Origin: Nannocystaceae bacterium ST9
GTDB taxonomy: Bacteria; Myxococcota_A; Polyangia; Nannocystales; Nannocystaceae
Reading direction: 5' to 3'
DNA: 64,000 nt
Assembly: GCA_048320885.1 (NCBI GenBank)
Contig: JBLWFJ010000001.1
Coordinates: 5,761,697-5,825,696 of the forward strand
Under the pieces are notes generated by a model. That model made no database searches, was not told where the DNA came from, and was given only the letters and a program-made list of their open reading frames with translations. The position numbers were made by a program, and so were the translations under genes. Positions 1 through 9,761 of this stretch are shown here, piece by piece (position 1 is the stretch's first letter; each line of letters opens with the position of its first letter).

Positions 1-877
1 TGATGAACCAATAGTTGTTCATCGAGTCGACCGCGCCACCGTAGCCGCCGAAGAAGCCCGCGCCGATCTCGGGGATCGGGATGTCCTCGTCGATCGAGCC
101 GTCGTCGCCGTTGAGCCGATAGACGTGGGTCGAGCCGGCCTGACCGCTGATCCCGGCCGTGGTCCACACGAACTGATCGGTGACCTCGCAGGTGTTCGGG
201 TCGAGCAGACCCGAAGTCCAGGCCAGGGGCCGTTGGGTGGTGACTCCCGGGAAGGGCGTGTTCCAGGCCACGCAGTCGTCCTGGTCCCAGGCGAGCACGT
301 CGAACTTGCCCGACGAAGTCTGCAGGCCGGGTTGGCCGTTCTTCATCTCGTCGCAGTTCTCGTGGAGCGCGACGACCTTGGTGACGCTGCCGGTTCGATT
401 GGCGACCGCGACGTCGCCGGTCAGGTTGACCGAGGTTCGCGAGGGGCTGCCACCCGCATCGGCGCGGGTCCGGTAGCGGCCCTCTTCGACCAGCGTGACC
501 GTGTTGATCTTCGAGATCGTGCCCTCGCCCGAGTTGGCCACCCAGATGTACGACCACTCGGGGTCGCCCATGCCCATGCCTTCACAGTTGCCCATGCCTG
601 CGTCGGGCACGACCAGCGTGTCGAACTTGGGCGCCTCCTCGTCGTTGCCGTCGTTGCTGGTCCCGTCGTTGGTCGTGTCGTCGGGGTTGGACGTGGTGCC
701 GTTGGTCTCGCCGACCTCGGTGCCGTTGGTCTCGCCGGCCTCGGTGGCCTGCTCCGAGTTGGTGTCGAGCGAGTCGGTGCCGATCTCGTCGGCGGCGGTC
801 GACGTGCCCTCGCCACGATTGTCGCCACACGCCAGCAGGAACAAGCAAGTCAGGGGAACAACCGGAAGCCGCCTCAT
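1..877 (-). CDS. Secreted lipoprotein, N-terminal portion of a gene that continues beyond the window start. It has a signal peptide with an LLAC lipobox (MRRLPVVPLTCLFLLACGDN...) and an acidic Thr/Asn/Gly-rich linker, then a globular domain.
   Basis: Hand translation of the reverse complement of 1-877 gives an open frame with ATG at 877..875, strong GC3 bias, a signal peptide plus lipobox Cys, and no stop before position 1. It is absent from the ORF track because it runs off the edge. Confidence 0.6.
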   Translation of the reverse strand, partial: MRRLPVVPLTCLFLLACGDNRGEGTSTAADEIGTDSLDTNSEQATEAGETNGTEVGETNGTTSNPDDTTNDGTSNDGNDEEAPKFDTLVVPDAGMGNCEGMGMGDPEWSYIWVANSGEGTISKINTVTLVEEGRYRTRADAGGSPSRTSVNLTGDVAVANRTGSVTKVVALHENCDEMKNGQPGLQTSSGKFDVLAWDQDDCVAWNTPFPGVTTQRPLAWTSGLLDPNTCEVTDQFVWTTAGISGQAGSTHVYRLNGDDGSIDEDIPIPEIGAGFFGGYGGAVDSMNNYWFI

Positions 878-889
878 GCAACCAGGCTA

Positions 890-1219
890 TCAGAACCCCG
901 AAACCGGTGACAGACAGCAGCAAGACACCCGATGGACCATGGCGTCGTCGTAGATCAGCGACCCCGCGACGACGTCGCCGTCGCCATCGCCGTTGGGGTC
1001 GACGAACTGGTCGCACTCGTGGGGGTCTGCGGCGACATCGATGGCGACTTCGTGACACGAGTGGCCCGGCATCGGCGCACGACAGAACTCGGCGCAGGTC
1101 GAGCGCGCTCGTTCGTCGTGCAGAGCACAGGGCGTGCATGCACGATCGACGTGCGGGCGCCAGCCGAGCCGGGCCGCGCCCGCGAACGCGATCGTCAACG
1201 CGATGACCTGAACTCGCAT
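890..1219 (-). CDS. Small Cys-rich secreted protein, hypothetical, with a signal-peptide-like N-terminus (MRVQVIALTIAFAGAARLG).
   Basis: 113-aa ORF 890..1231, co-oriented with and immediately upstream of the lipoprotein. It has about 10 Cys and a hydrophobic N-terminus, but GC3 is only moderate and the ORF is small. Confidence 0.35.
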   Translation of the reverse strand: MRVQVIALTIAFAGAARLGWRPHVDRACTPCALHDERARSTCAEFCRAPMPGHSCHEVAIDVAADPHECDQFVDPNGDGDGDVVAGSLIYDDAMVHRVSCCCLSPVSGF

Positions 1220-1333
1220 CGGCGAGCCCAACGCGAACCGGGCGGGATGATTGCGACCTGATTGCCGACCGAGAGATGAGGGTTCGTCGCGCGTCGCTCG
1301 AAACTCGCGCCACTCGGGCCGGGTCGCCGGCGA

Positions 1334-2764
1334 TCACACCCGGACGCGGGCCGTGAAGCGGCCTTCGCGATGCCGATGGCGAGCGAGCACGCGATCGAGC
1401 TCGACTCGCCACTCGTCGACCTGCTCGGGCGATCGCCCGACGTAGCGGCGCGGATCGACGGCCTGATCGTCGACGAAGCGACCGAGCTCGGGATCGGCCC
1501 GCATGCGCTCGATCAGATCGTTGCCCTCGCCTCGCTTGAGCCGCTCGGCGGCCGCCAGGCTGAGCGTCCGAATCGTCTCGTGCAGGGCCTGGCGATCGCC
1601 GCCGGCCTCGACCGCGCGCATCAGCACGTTCTCGGTCGCCATGAAAGGCAGCTCGTCGGCCATGTTCTTGGCCAGCATCGCCGGGTTGACGACCAGGCCG
1701 GCGCTGACGTCGACGACCAGGTTCAAGATCGCGTCGGTCGCCAGGAACGCCTCGGTGATGACCAGCCGGCGGTTGGCGCTGTCGTCGAGCGTGCGCTCGA
1801 GCCATTGATTGGCATGGGTCTCGCGCGGGCTGGTCGCGAGCGAGTGGACGAAGCGAGCGAGCGAGCAGATCCGTTCGGATCGCATCGGGTTGCGCTTGTA
1901 GGCCATCGCCGACGAGCCGATCTGTTTGGACTCGAAGGGCTCGTCGAGCTCGCGCTCGTGGGCGAGCAGGCGCATGTCGGTCGCGAACTTGGCCGCCGAG
2001 CCGGCGACGTCGGCCAACGCCGAGACCACCCACGTGTCGAGCTTGCGCGTGTAGGTCTGGCCCGAGACCGGGATCGACCTGGCGAAGCCCATCGCGGCGC
2101 AGACCCGGCGATCGAGCTCGCGGACCTGCGCGTGGGGATCGTCGGCCTTGCCGAACAGGGCCAGGAACGACGCCTGCGTGCCGGTCGTGCCCTTGACCCC
2201 GCGCATCGGCAGCCGCTCGATCAACGCCTCGAGCGTCTCGAGATCGAGCAGGAAGTCCTGCGCCCACAGGCAGGCTCGCTTGCCGACGGTGGTCAGCTGC
2301 GCGGGCTGAAAGTGGGTGTAGGCCTGGATCGGCTCGGCCCGCCAGGTCGCCGCGAACGTGCCCAACTGGGTGAGCACGGTGTAGAGCCGATCCATCAGCA
2401 GCTCGAGCCCGGCCCGCATCATCACCAGCTCGGCGTTGTCGGTCACGTAGCAGCTGGTCGCGCCGAGGTGGATGATCTTGCCGGCGTCGGCCCCGGCGAC
2501 CTCGCCGTAGTGATGGACGTGGGCCATCACGTCGTGGCGCAGCTCGGCCTCGAGCGCGGCGACCCGAGCGAAGTCGATGGTCTCGCGGGCCTGTTCGAGC
2601 GCGGCGATCTGGGCCGCGGCGACCGGCAGGCCGAGCTCGTGCTCGGCTCGGGCCAGGGCGATCCACAAGTCGCGCCAGAGCAGCGCGCGGCGGCGATCGG
2701 AGAAGTTCTCCAGCATCGCCCGGGTCGCGTAGCGGGTGGCCAGCGGGCTCTCGTAGTCGCTCAT
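1334..2764 (-). CDS. purB: Adenylosuccinate lyase.
   Basis: Translation MSDYESPLATRYATRAM...HERELDEPFESKQIGSSAMAYKRNP... is the fumarate-lyase/PurB signature (GSSAMxxKxN). The in-frame ATG at 2764 starts MSDYESPL. The upstream ORF extension is Arg-rich junk. Confidence 0.9.
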   Translation of the reverse strand: MSDYESPLATRYATRAMLENFSDRRRALLWRDLWIALARAEHELGLPVAAAQIAALEQARETIDFARVAALEAELRHDVMAHVHHYGEVAGADAGKIIHLGATSCYVTDNAELVMMRAGLELLMDRLYTVLTQLGTFAATWRAEPIQAYTHFQPAQLTTVGKRACLWAQDFLLDLETLEALIERLPMRGVKGTTGTQASFLALFGKADDPHAQVRELDRRVCAAMGFARSIPVSGQTYTRKLDTWVVSALADVAGSAAKFATDMRLLAHERELDEPFESKQIGSSAMAYKRNPMRSERICSLARFVHSLATSPRETHANQWLERTLDDSANRRLVITEAFLATDAILNLVVDVSAGLVVNPAMLAKNMADELPFMATENVLMRAVEAGGDRQALHETIRTLSLAAAERLKRGEGNDLIERMRADPELGRFVDDQAVDPRRYVGRSPEQVDEWRVELDRVLARHRHREGRFTARVRV

Positions 2765-2792
2765 GCGCGGGGAGGATATATGCTCTGCGTTC

Positions 2793-3947
2793 ATGCGCGA
2801 GCTCCTGCCGCCCGCACCCGACCCCGGCTCGCTCAGCGCCGACGAGCGGCTCGACGAGCTCGGCTGGCTGCTGCGTCCGCCGGGCCAGGGCATCCACACG
2901 GTCTCGTCCGGCAAGCGCGAGCTGCTCGACAAGACGCGCGCGTACCTCGGAGAGTTCGACGACCAGCGAGCGTGGCGCGAACACGTCGCGGGCGTGCTCG
3001 CGGCCAAGCCCGAGGTCGCGATCCTCGCGATCCCCAGCGACACCGGGGCCGGGATCGTGCGAGGGGCCGCGCGCGGGCCCGAGGCGATCCGGGCCGCGCT
3101 CGGTCGAGCGCCCGCGCCCGATCTCGGCGACGTGATGTGCATCCAACACCTGCTCGACGAGCCGATGCTCTCGCAGGGCCAGCGCATGCGCTGCCAAGAC
3201 GCGCTGTGGCCCGAGCTCGAGGTCGGTCGTCGGCGCACGCTGCCGGTCTCGCCGGTCGGCATGGCCGAGCGCGCGCGCCGACTCCTGCTCGCGCAGGCGC
3301 CTCGGCTGCGCGTGTTCATGCTCGGGGGCGATCACACCGTCACCTGGCCGGTGATCGCTCCGCTGCTCGAGCTCGATCGCGTGCACGAGGTCGGGGTCGT
3401 GCACTTCGACGCGCACACCGATCTGCTGCCCGAGCGGCTCGGCGTGCGGATCTGCTTCGCGACCTGGGCCTTCCACGCCAACGCGCTGCTCGGCGGCGGC
3501 GAGCGGATGATCCAGATCGGCATCCGTGCCTCGGCTCGCGATCGCGGTCACTGGGAGCGCGAGCTCGCGGTCCGCCAGATCTGGGCCGACGAGGCGCTCG
3601 AGATCGGCGCCGAAGTGCTCGCCGCACGCGTGGTCGAGCACCTTCGCTTCCGCGGCATCCGTCGGGTTTACGTGAGTAATGACATCGATGGGACCGACGC
3701 GCACTGGGCGGCCGCTTGCGGAACACCCGAGCCGAGGGGCCTGACCCCGGCGATGGTCGTCGCGGTGATCCAGGCGTTGGGTCGTGAATTCGAGCTGATC
3801 GGCGGTGATCTGGTCGAGCTCGCGCCGGGCCTCTCGCTCGATCACGACGCCTCGCGCCGGAGCATCGAGACCGCAGCGCTCTATACGCGCGAGACCCTTG
3901 CCGCCCTCGCGGAGGGGACCCAGAGGAATAGCGATGAGCGAGCCTAG
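2793..3947 (+). CDS. Arginase-family ureohydrolase (agmatinase or formiminoglutamase-like).
   Basis: Motifs GGDHTVTWPV, HFDAHTDL and SNDIDGTD match the binuclear-Mn arginase fold. The gene is divergent from purB. Confidence 0.85.
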   Translation: MRELLPPAPDPGSLSADERLDELGWLLRPPGQGIHTVSSGKRELLDKTRAYLGEFDDQRAWREHVAGVLAAKPEVAILAIPSDTGAGIVRGAARGPEAIRAALGRAPAPDLGDVMCIQHLLDEPMLSQGQRMRCQDALWPELEVGRRRTLPVSPVGMAERARRLLLAQAPRLRVFMLGGDHTVTWPVIAPLLELDRVHEVGVVHFDAHTDLLPERLGVRICFATWAFHANALLGGGERMIQIGIRASARDRGHWERELAVRQIWADEALEIGAEVLAARVVEHLRFRGIRRVYVSNDIDGTDAHWAAACGTPEPRGLTPAMVVAVIQALGREFELIGGDLVELAPGLSLDHDASRRSIETAALYTRETLAALAEGTQRNSDERA

Positions 3948-4647
3948 TTCGCGTCCGCCGATGGAAGTCGCCGCCCGGCAAGAGTTCGAGCACAACGCGC
4001 TCCCGCTGCTGGACAATTTGTATGGCGCTGCGATGCGCCTGACTCGCGACCCGGCCGAGGCCGAGGATCTCGTGCAGGACTCGATGGTTCGGGCCTACCG
4101 GTTCTGGGACACCTTCCAGCGCGGCACCAACATCAAGGCCTGGTTGTTCACGATCCTGCGCAACACCTTCATCAACGGCTACCACCGCAAGGGTCGCGCG
4201 CGGACCTTCCAGTCCGACGTCAACGCGCAGATGAACTCGCTCGGGCCCGCGGTCGCGGTCGCGAACTCGACGAGCCAGCCGGCGGGGCCCGAAGAGGTCG
4301 TGCTCGGCCAGATCACCCAGGCCAAGATCCGCGAGGCCCTCGACTCGCTGCCGGCCGACTATCGCCTGGCCGTGACGCTCGCCGATCTCGAGGGCCTCTC
4401 GTACAAGGAGATCGCCGACATCATGGAGTGCCCGATCGGCACCGTGATGAGCCGGATCTATCGGGGTCGAAAGGCCCTGCACAAGCTGCTCTACGAGCAC
4501 GCGCGCGAGATCGGGTTCGTCGACGAGAGCGACCCGCCCGCGGGCGAACGCGAGACCGCGCGCGCTCGCAAGACCGCGCCTGCACGCAAGAAGGGCGAGG
4601 CCGAGGCGGTCGACCTCGCGGCCTGGCGCGATCGCAAGCGGGCCTGA
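3934..4647 (+). CDS. ECF (sigma-70 family, RpoE-like) RNA polymerase sigma factor.
   Basis: Region 2 (LVQDSMVRAYRFWDTFQ...KAWLFTILRNTFING) and region 4 (LADLEGLSYKEIADIMECPIGTVMSRIYRGRKAL) are recognisable. A GGAGGGGA RBS lies upstream of the ATG at 3934. Confidence 0.85.
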   Translation: MSEPSSRPPMEVAARQEFEHNALPLLDNLYGAAMRLTRDPAEAEDLVQDSMVRAYRFWDTFQRGTNIKAWLFTILRNTFINGYHRKGRARTFQSDVNAQMNSLGPAVAVANSTSQPAGPEEVVLGQITQAKIREALDSLPADYRLAVTLADLEGLSYKEIADIMECPIGTVMSRIYRGRKALHKLLYEHAREIGFVDESDPPAGERETARARKTAPARKKGEAEAVDLAAWRDRKRA

Positions 4648-4696
4648 GGCCCGAGCCCCCACCACGATTTTCTCGGACCCCCCGAAAGACACACCC

Positions 4697-5512
4697 ATGA
4701 CCTTGGACACCGACCACGATCGCAACGACCTCGTCGGGCTCTTGCAGCCTTATGTCGACGGCGAGCTCTCGCCCGAAGAGCACCGCTTGATCGCCGAGCG
4801 AGTCGCGGTCGACCCCGAGTATCAGGCCATCGTCGGCGAGCAGCAGCGGGTTCGTTCGCTGCTGCGCGAGATGGCGCTCGAGGGGGCGCCCAGCGGACTG
4901 CGCGCGCGCATCCTCGCGGATCTCGATGCCGTCGACCGCGAGCGCGAGCGAGCCGAGCGGCGAGGGTGGATGGCCCCGGTGCTCGGTCGGCTGCGGGCGT
5001 TCGGCAAGGGCACCATGTTGATGATGCCGGCCGCAGCCGCTGCGCTGGCGCTCTTCGTGGTCGCCCGCAACGGCCAGCTCGACGGGATCGGGGGCGCGCA
5101 CGTCGACGGCGGGCTCGGCCAGTCGTTCGCGCTGCAACAGCAAGGTGGCGACGAGGCCGATCGCTTCCCGATCCAGCTCGCGGCCGAGGGCTCGCTTCCG
5201 GCCGGCGTCCAGCAGGTCAGCGCAGCGACCGACAGTCGCGCGATCAACTACCGCGACGCCGAGGGTCGGGTGATGGTCGACCGCCAGCGGCGGGCCGCGA
5301 TGACCGAGCCGACGGGTACGCGTCAGGTGTTTAGGGGACACACCTACTACCTCGGCCTCGACGGGCGAGGGCGAGCGCGGGTCGAGTTCGTGCTCGGGCC
5401 AGTGCACCACCACCTGACGGTCGAACAAGGTCACACCCCGATCGCAGCCATCGACGCGGCCGAGCCCGACTTCCGTCGCCTGCTGGAACTCGGCGAGGCA
5501 CTTCGGCGGTAG
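4697..5512 (+). CDS. Putative anti-sigma factor, cognate to the upstream ECF sigma; a single-pass membrane protein.
   Basis: It lies immediately downstream of the ECF sigma gene. The N-terminus LLQPYVDGELSPEEHRLIAERVAVDPEY resembles an anti-sigma N-domain, followed by a TM segment MLMMPAAAAALALFVVA. No Cys zinc motif is present. Confidence 0.55.
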   Translation: MTLDTDHDRNDLVGLLQPYVDGELSPEEHRLIAERVAVDPEYQAIVGEQQRVRSLLREMALEGAPSGLRARILADLDAVDRERERAERRGWMAPVLGRLRAFGKGTMLMMPAAAAALALFVVARNGQLDGIGGAHVDGGLGQSFALQQQGGDEADRFPIQLAAEGSLPAGVQQVSAATDSRAINYRDAEGRVMVDRQRRAAMTEPTGTRQVFRGHTYYLGLDGRGRARVEFVLGPVHHHLTVEQGHTPIAAIDAAEPDFRRLLELGEALRR

Positions 5513-5567
5513 CGAAGTAGACAACCTGCTGGCGCCGCGGCCCCGGTAGCAGATAGTCTCGCGTCCC

Positions 5568-7805
5568 GTGTTTTCTGCGCTGATCATCGACGCCGACGCC
5601 GAGGCCCGATCCCGGATCGAAAAGTCGCTCGAGCCCTACGGCCTCGAGTTCTCCTCGTCGCCCGAGCCCAACGAGGCGATGAACCTCGCGCGGACGATGA
5701 CGCCGGACATCATCTTCCTGCGGGTCGAGCTGCCGGGCGCCTCGGGGTTCTCGGTCTGCAACAAGCTGCGGCGCAACGACGAGACCAAGTACATCCCGCT
5801 GATCATGTACGCGTCGGACGTCGCCGACGACGTGTTCCAGCAGCACGGCAAGCTCAAGACTCGCGCCGACGAGTACATCCGCCTGCCGATCCGCGGCGAG
5901 GATCTGGTCGGCACCGTGCGGACCCTGCTGCCGCTGCCGGCCGAGCCGATCGGGGGCAACGGGGTCGGTGGCGAGTCGGCGGCGGTCAAGACCGCCGTCG
6001 CGGCAGCGCAGGCCGACGCGGCAGCGCAGGCCGACGCGGCAGCGCAGGCCGACGCGGTCGAGGCAGACGCCGACGCCACCGACATCGACGACTTCGGCGA
6101 CATCGACTTCGACGAAGAGACCGCCGACGAAGGACCGCCGGCCGCCACACCACCTCCGCTTCCTCCGCCACCGCCGGCGAGCAAGCCCGAGGTGGTCGAG
6201 GCCAAGGGCGAGACCATCGATCTCGGTGAAGAGACCGACGCCGCGTTCGCGGCCTTGACCTTCGAGGACGACGACGAGCTGCCGCTCGAGCCGGAAGCCA
6301 CAGCCGAGCCTGTGGTCCAAGCCCCGGAGCCCGAAGCGGAGCCTGAGCCCGAAGCGGAGCCTGAGCCCGAAGCGGAGCCGGAGCCCGAAGCGGAGCCTGA
6401 GCCCGAAGCGGAGCCTGAGCCCGAGGCAGAGCCGGAGCCCGAACTCGAGGTCGCGCTGGCGCCCGACATTCCAGAGGCCGAGGCGCCCGAGCCCGTCGAG
6501 CACGAGAACTCGGGCGACCGCTTGTCGAGCCGCCGCGAGCTGCTGCGGCTGCGATCCGAGCTCAACAAGAAGGACCGCGAGCTGCTCTCGCTGCGCGACG
6601 AGCTCGAGCAACGCGAGCGAGCGATCCTCGACGCCAAGCAGAAGAACCGCCAGCTCGAGGCGACCGCGAGCGAGGCCGAGGCCCGCGCGCTGCAACTCGA
6701 AGAGCAGGTCATCTCGGCCCAGGAAGAGGCCGACGCGGCCGGCCGCAACGCCGAGACCCAGCGCAAGCGCGAAGAGGGGCTCAAGAACCGACTCGATCTC
6801 GCCCAGAAGAAGTCCAAGGAGGTCGAGGTTCGGCTCGACGCGGCCGACAAGCAGGTCGTCGAGCTGCGCGAGCAACTCGCCGCGCTCGAGGCCAAGCTCG
6901 AGGTCGGCCAAGCCACGCTGAGCGAGCGCGACGAACGACTCGCGCAGGTCGAGCAAGACCGCGACGCCCTGGCCGGCGAGCTCGAGCAGGCCAAGCAGGC
7001 CGCCGAAGCGAGCGCCGGCAAGCTCGCCACGCTCGAGGCCGGCCGGCAAGAGTCCGATGGTCAGGTCGCGTTCCTCGAGGGTCGGACGCGCGAGCTCGAG
7101 GCCGAACTCGGCGACGTGCAGGCCAAGCTGAGCGCGAGCGAGACCAAGGCAGGCGAGGGCGCGGCCGAGCTGGCCGCGATGCAGACCAAGCTGGCCGCGA
7201 GCGAGGCCGAGCAAGCCGAGCAGAAGGCCAAGCTGGGCGAAGTCGAAGCCAAGCTCGCCGAAGTCGAAGCCAAGCTGGGCGAGACGCAGACCAAGCTGGG
7301 CGAGACCGAGACCAAGCTGGGCGAGGCCGAACAGACGGCGACGCGAGAGCTCGCCGCGCTCGCTCGTGCCAAGCAAGAGCTCGAGCAGCAGCTCGTCGAG
7401 CTCGAGCAGGCCAAGCAGGCCGCCGACGCAGAGACCACCCAGAAGATCGCCGAGCTCGAAGAGAAGCTGGCCAGCCAATCCGAAGATCAGCAGTCCGAGC
7501 TCGAGTTCCTCGAGAAGCAGAGCGACCAGCTGCGCGGCCAGTTGACCGAGGCCACCGCGGCCGCGAGCGCGGCTGCCGAGACCGCGGCGGCCGAGCGCAA
7601 GACCTTGGAGGGCGAGCTGGCCGGCGCCCGCGAGGCCACCCAGACCGCCCAGGCAGAGGCGCAGGCCCTGCGGGAGCGCTTCGAGCAGAGCCTCGCCGAT
7701 CTCGAGGCTCGCCAGCAGGAGCTCGAGAGCCAGCTCGCCGCCCGCAGCGACGCCGCACGCCGGGCCCAGCAGGCGCTGGCGGTCGCCCTGAAGGTGCTCG
7801 AGTAG
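5568..7805 (+). CDS. FrzS/AglZ-like motility-type protein: an N-terminal pseudo-receiver domain lacking the phospho-acceptor Asp, an acidic Pro/Glu repeat linker, and a long C-terminal coiled coil.
   Basis: The N-terminus ([38 protein letters not shown]...[12 protein letters not shown]) aligns by eye with the FrzS pseudo-receiver (PDLVVLAVDLSAG...LKAHADEYVAKP). The C-terminal 400 aa has heptad-like E/K/Q/A/L-rich sequence. A GTG start sits at 5568. Confidence 0.8.
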   Translation: MFSALIIDADAEARSRIEKSLEPYGLEFSSSPEPNEAMNLARTMTPDIIFLRVELPGASGFSVCNKLRRNDETKYIPLIMYASDVADDVFQQHGKLKTRADEYIRLPIRGEDLVGTVRTLLPLPAEPIGGNGVGGESAAVKTAVAAAQADAAAQADAAAQADAVEADADATDIDDFGDIDFDEETADEGPPAATPPPLPPPPPASKPEVVEAKGETIDLGEETDAAFAALTFEDDDELPLEPEATAEPVVQAPEPEAEPEPEAEPEPEAEPEPEAEPEPEAEPEPEAEPEPELEVALAPDIPEAEAPEPVEHENSGDRLSSRRELLRLRSELNKKDRELLSLRDELEQRERAILDAKQKNRQLEATASEAEARALQLEEQVISAQEEADAAGRNAETQRKREEGLKNRLDLAQKKSKEVEVRLDAADKQVVELREQLAALEAKLEVGQATLSERDERLAQVEQDRDALAGELEQAKQAAEASAGKLATLEAGRQESDGQVAFLEGRTRELEAELGDVQAKLSASETKAGEGAAELAAMQTKLAASEAEQAEQKAKLGEVEAKLAEVEAKLGETQTKLGETETKLGEAEQTATRELAALARAKQELEQQLVELEQAKQAADAETTQKIAELEEKLASQSEDQQSELEFLEKQSDQLRGQLTEATAAASAAAETAAAERKTLEGELAGAREATQTAQAEAQALRERFEQSLADLEARQQELESQLAARSDAARRAQQALAVALKVLE
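6000..6053 (+). repeat. 18-bp in-frame tandem repeat ×3 (gcggcagcgcaggccgac) encoding AAQADA.
   Basis: Read directly in the sequence. It lies inside the frzS-like CDS. Confidence 0.8.
6329..6446 (+). repeat. 18-bp in-frame tandem repeat ×~6 (gaagcggagcctgagccc) encoding (AEPEPE)n.
   Basis: Read directly in the sequence. It forms the acidic Pro-rich linker of the frzS-like CDS. Confidence 0.85.
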
Positions 7806-7909
7806 CAATTGCGACCTCGGCGAGCTTGCCCGGCAGGGAACTCGGTCACACACTGCTGCGCTGGGTCCACAGACCTGGTGTCCTTGGACTTTCCTCGCTC
7901 CGAGCCCCG

Positions 7910-9646
7910 ATGACAGACGTCGTTCACGGCGAAACCCAAAGCCTCAAACCCAGTCAAGCCAAGGCGTTGGCGCGCCTCGCCGAGCGCGGCGTCCCGGCCG
8001 ATCGATTGATCAGCCCGCCGCTCGCCCGCGATCTGCTCGAGCTGTCGCACGAGCTCAACCGTCGGATCGGCTTGTTCATCGATCGTCGCGGACGGATCAG
8101 TCGGGTGATCCTCGGTGACGCGCACAGCCTCGAGCTGCCCGAGTTCGATCGCGTGCGCGGTGCCGACGGGCGTCTGCGCGGCATTCGACTGGTGTCGACC
8201 CACCTGGTCGCCGAGGGCCTCGACCGCGAGGAGCTGGCCGACCTCGCCAAGCTCCGGCTCGATCTGATCGCGACCTTGCACGACAGCCCCGGCGGCATCC
8301 AGGTCGACATGGCCACGCTGAGCCCGGGCCGACGCGGGCGCGGTGGCTTCGAACTGCGGACCTTCCCGCGTGCGTCGCTGGCCCTGTTCTCGCCCGACGC
8401 CGGCGGTCGAAACCAAGCCGATCATCCCCGCCCCGATCTGCCGAGCGACCTGACCGGGTTCTTGCGCGACCTCGAGGCCCAGCTGGTCGCCGCGACCGAG
8501 GCCGCGCGGGCCGAGGGCCAAGGCACGCGCGCGATGGTCCTGCAGGTCCACACCGACGCGATGAACCGACAAGGCGGCGTCGAAGCTCGGCAAGACGAGC
8601 TGCGCGAGCTGTGCCGGACCGCCGGCGTGCACATGGTCGACCTGATCGTCCAGCGTCGCCGCTTTCCCGACCCGCGCACCTTCCTCGGCTCCGGCAAGCT
8701 CCGCGAGGTCCTGGTCCAGGCGCTCGAGCAAGACGTCGAATTGCTGATCTGCGATCCCGAGCTCAGCGCCTCGCAGGCCCGCGAGATCAGCGAGCAGACC
8801 GATCTGCGCGTCATCGATCGGACCATGCTGATCCTCGACATCTTCGCCCAGCACGCCAGCAGCAGCGACGGCAAGCTGCAGGTCGAGCTCGCCCAGCTGC
8901 GCTACCGCCTGCCGCGAATGATCGGCAAGGGCACGATGATGTCGCGCCTGGCGGGTGGCATCGGCGGTCGCGGACCCGGCGAGACCAAGCTCGAGGTCGA
9001 TCGTCGGCGCGCCAAGGATCGAATCGGCGAGCTCGAGCGCCGGCTCGAGCAGATGGGCCGGCAACGCGATCAACGTCGCGCCGCTCGCCGACGCAGCGAC
9101 GTTCCGGTCGTGGCGATCGTCGGCTACACCAACGCCGGCAAGAGCACGCTGCTCAACACCGTGACCAATTCCGACGTCCGGGCCGAGAACAAGCTGTTTG
9201 CGACCTTGGATCCGACCGTGCGACGGGTTCGCTTCCCGCACGATCGAGAGATCGTCCTGCTCGACACCGTCGGGTTCATCCGCGACCTCCCGCCCGCGCT
9301 GCGCCAGGCCTTCTCGGCCACGCTCGAAGAGATCGCCGACGCCGACCTGCTGCTGCAGGTGGTCGACGCGACCGACCCCGACAGCGCCCAGCAGATCGCG
9401 ACCGTCGAGGCGATCCTCGCCGAGCTCGGGGCCGGCGACGTCGATCGCTTCATGGTCTTCAACAAGTGCGATCAGCTGCCGGACGATCAGCGGCTCGAGC
9501 CCGAGGCGCTGCCCGCCAATCACTTTCAGATCAGCGCGCTCGATCGTCGGAGCACTCGTCGCTTGATGGACGCGATCGAGCATCACCTCTGGGTCCGCGG
9601 CAAGGTCGAGGCGCCGCCGACCGAGGTCGCGCCCGTCGGCGTGTAG
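7910..9646 (+). CDS. hflX: GTPase HflX.
   Basis: Signatures IDRTMLILDIFAQHA...GKLQVELAQLRY...GGIGGRGPGETKLEVDRR...VVAIVGYTNAGKSTLLN...DTVGF match the HflX N-domain and G-domain. Start taken as MTDVVHGE. Confidence 0.9.
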   Translation: MTDVVHGETQSLKPSQAKALARLAERGVPADRLISPPLARDLLELSHELNRRIGLFIDRRGRISRVILGDAHSLELPEFDRVRGADGRLRGIRLVSTHLVAEGLDREELADLAKLRLDLIATLHDSPGGIQVDMATLSPGRRGRGGFELRTFPRASLALFSPDAGGRNQADHPRPDLPSDLTGFLRDLEAQLVAATEAARAEGQGTRAMVLQVHTDAMNRQGGVEARQDELRELCRTAGVHMVDLIVQRRRFPDPRTFLGSGKLREVLVQALEQDVELLICDPELSASQAREISEQTDLRVIDRTMLILDIFAQHASSSDGKLQVELAQLRYRLPRMIGKGTMMSRLAGGIGGRGPGETKLEVDRRRAKDRIGELERRLEQMGRQRDQRRAARRRSDVPVVAIVGYTNAGKSTLLNTVTNSDVRAENKLFATLDPTVRRVRFPHDREIVLLDTVGFIRDLPPALRQAFSATLEEIADADLLLQVVDATDPDSAQQIATVEAILAELGAGDVDRFMVFNKCDQLPDDQRLEPEALPANHFQISALDRRSTRRLMDAIEHHLWVRGKVEAPPTEVAPVGV

Positions 9647-9654
9647 CTTCGCTC

Positions 9655-9688
9655 GGACCACCGCGGACCACCGCGGACCACCGCGAAC
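9655..9688. repeat. 10-bp tandem repeat ggaccaccgc ×3, with a degenerate fourth copy, lying between hflX and the Rpn-like gene.
   Basis: Read directly in the sequence. Confidence 0.7.
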
Positions 9689-9691
9689 CAC

Positions 9692-9724
9692 GAAGATTTG
9701 CCGGATTCGAACCGGCACATCTTC
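9692..9724. terminator. Stem-loop GAAGATTTGCCGG-attcgaa-CCGGCACATCTTC (12/13 bp stem) downstream of hflX. It is sequence-related to the hairpin at 10674-10707.
   Basis: Inverted repeat read directly. There is no U-tract, so it is a structure only, not a canonical intrinsic terminator. Confidence 0.5.
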
Positions 9725-9761
9725 ACTGGTTCACCGCGATCCGGCACGCGAGGATCCGGCC

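Noticed and set aside
582-4016. 1144-aa minus-strand ORF spanning the lipoprotein-start, purB and arginase-family loci.
   Set aside because: The translation is Arg/Ala/Pro/Gly-rich low complexity, typical of wrong-frame ORFs in 70% GC DNA. It is antisense to, or out of frame with, the well-supported purB and arginase-family genes.
5331-7853. 840-aa minus-strand ORF antisense to the frzS-like gene (translation full of GLRLRF repeats).
   Set aside because: It is a mirror image of the plus-strand AEPEPE/coiled-coil repeats and has no independent coding signal.
9701-9716. tRNA T-loop-like string ccggattcgaaccgg.
   Set aside because: It is part of the hairpin loop/stem. No acceptor stem, anticodon arm or D-arm can be built around it. 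No tRNA-like cloverleaf was found anywhere in the window by eye.
7487-9718. 743-aa minus-strand ORF antisense to hflX.
   Set aside because: hflX on the plus strand is unambiguous. The minus-strand translation is low-complexity.
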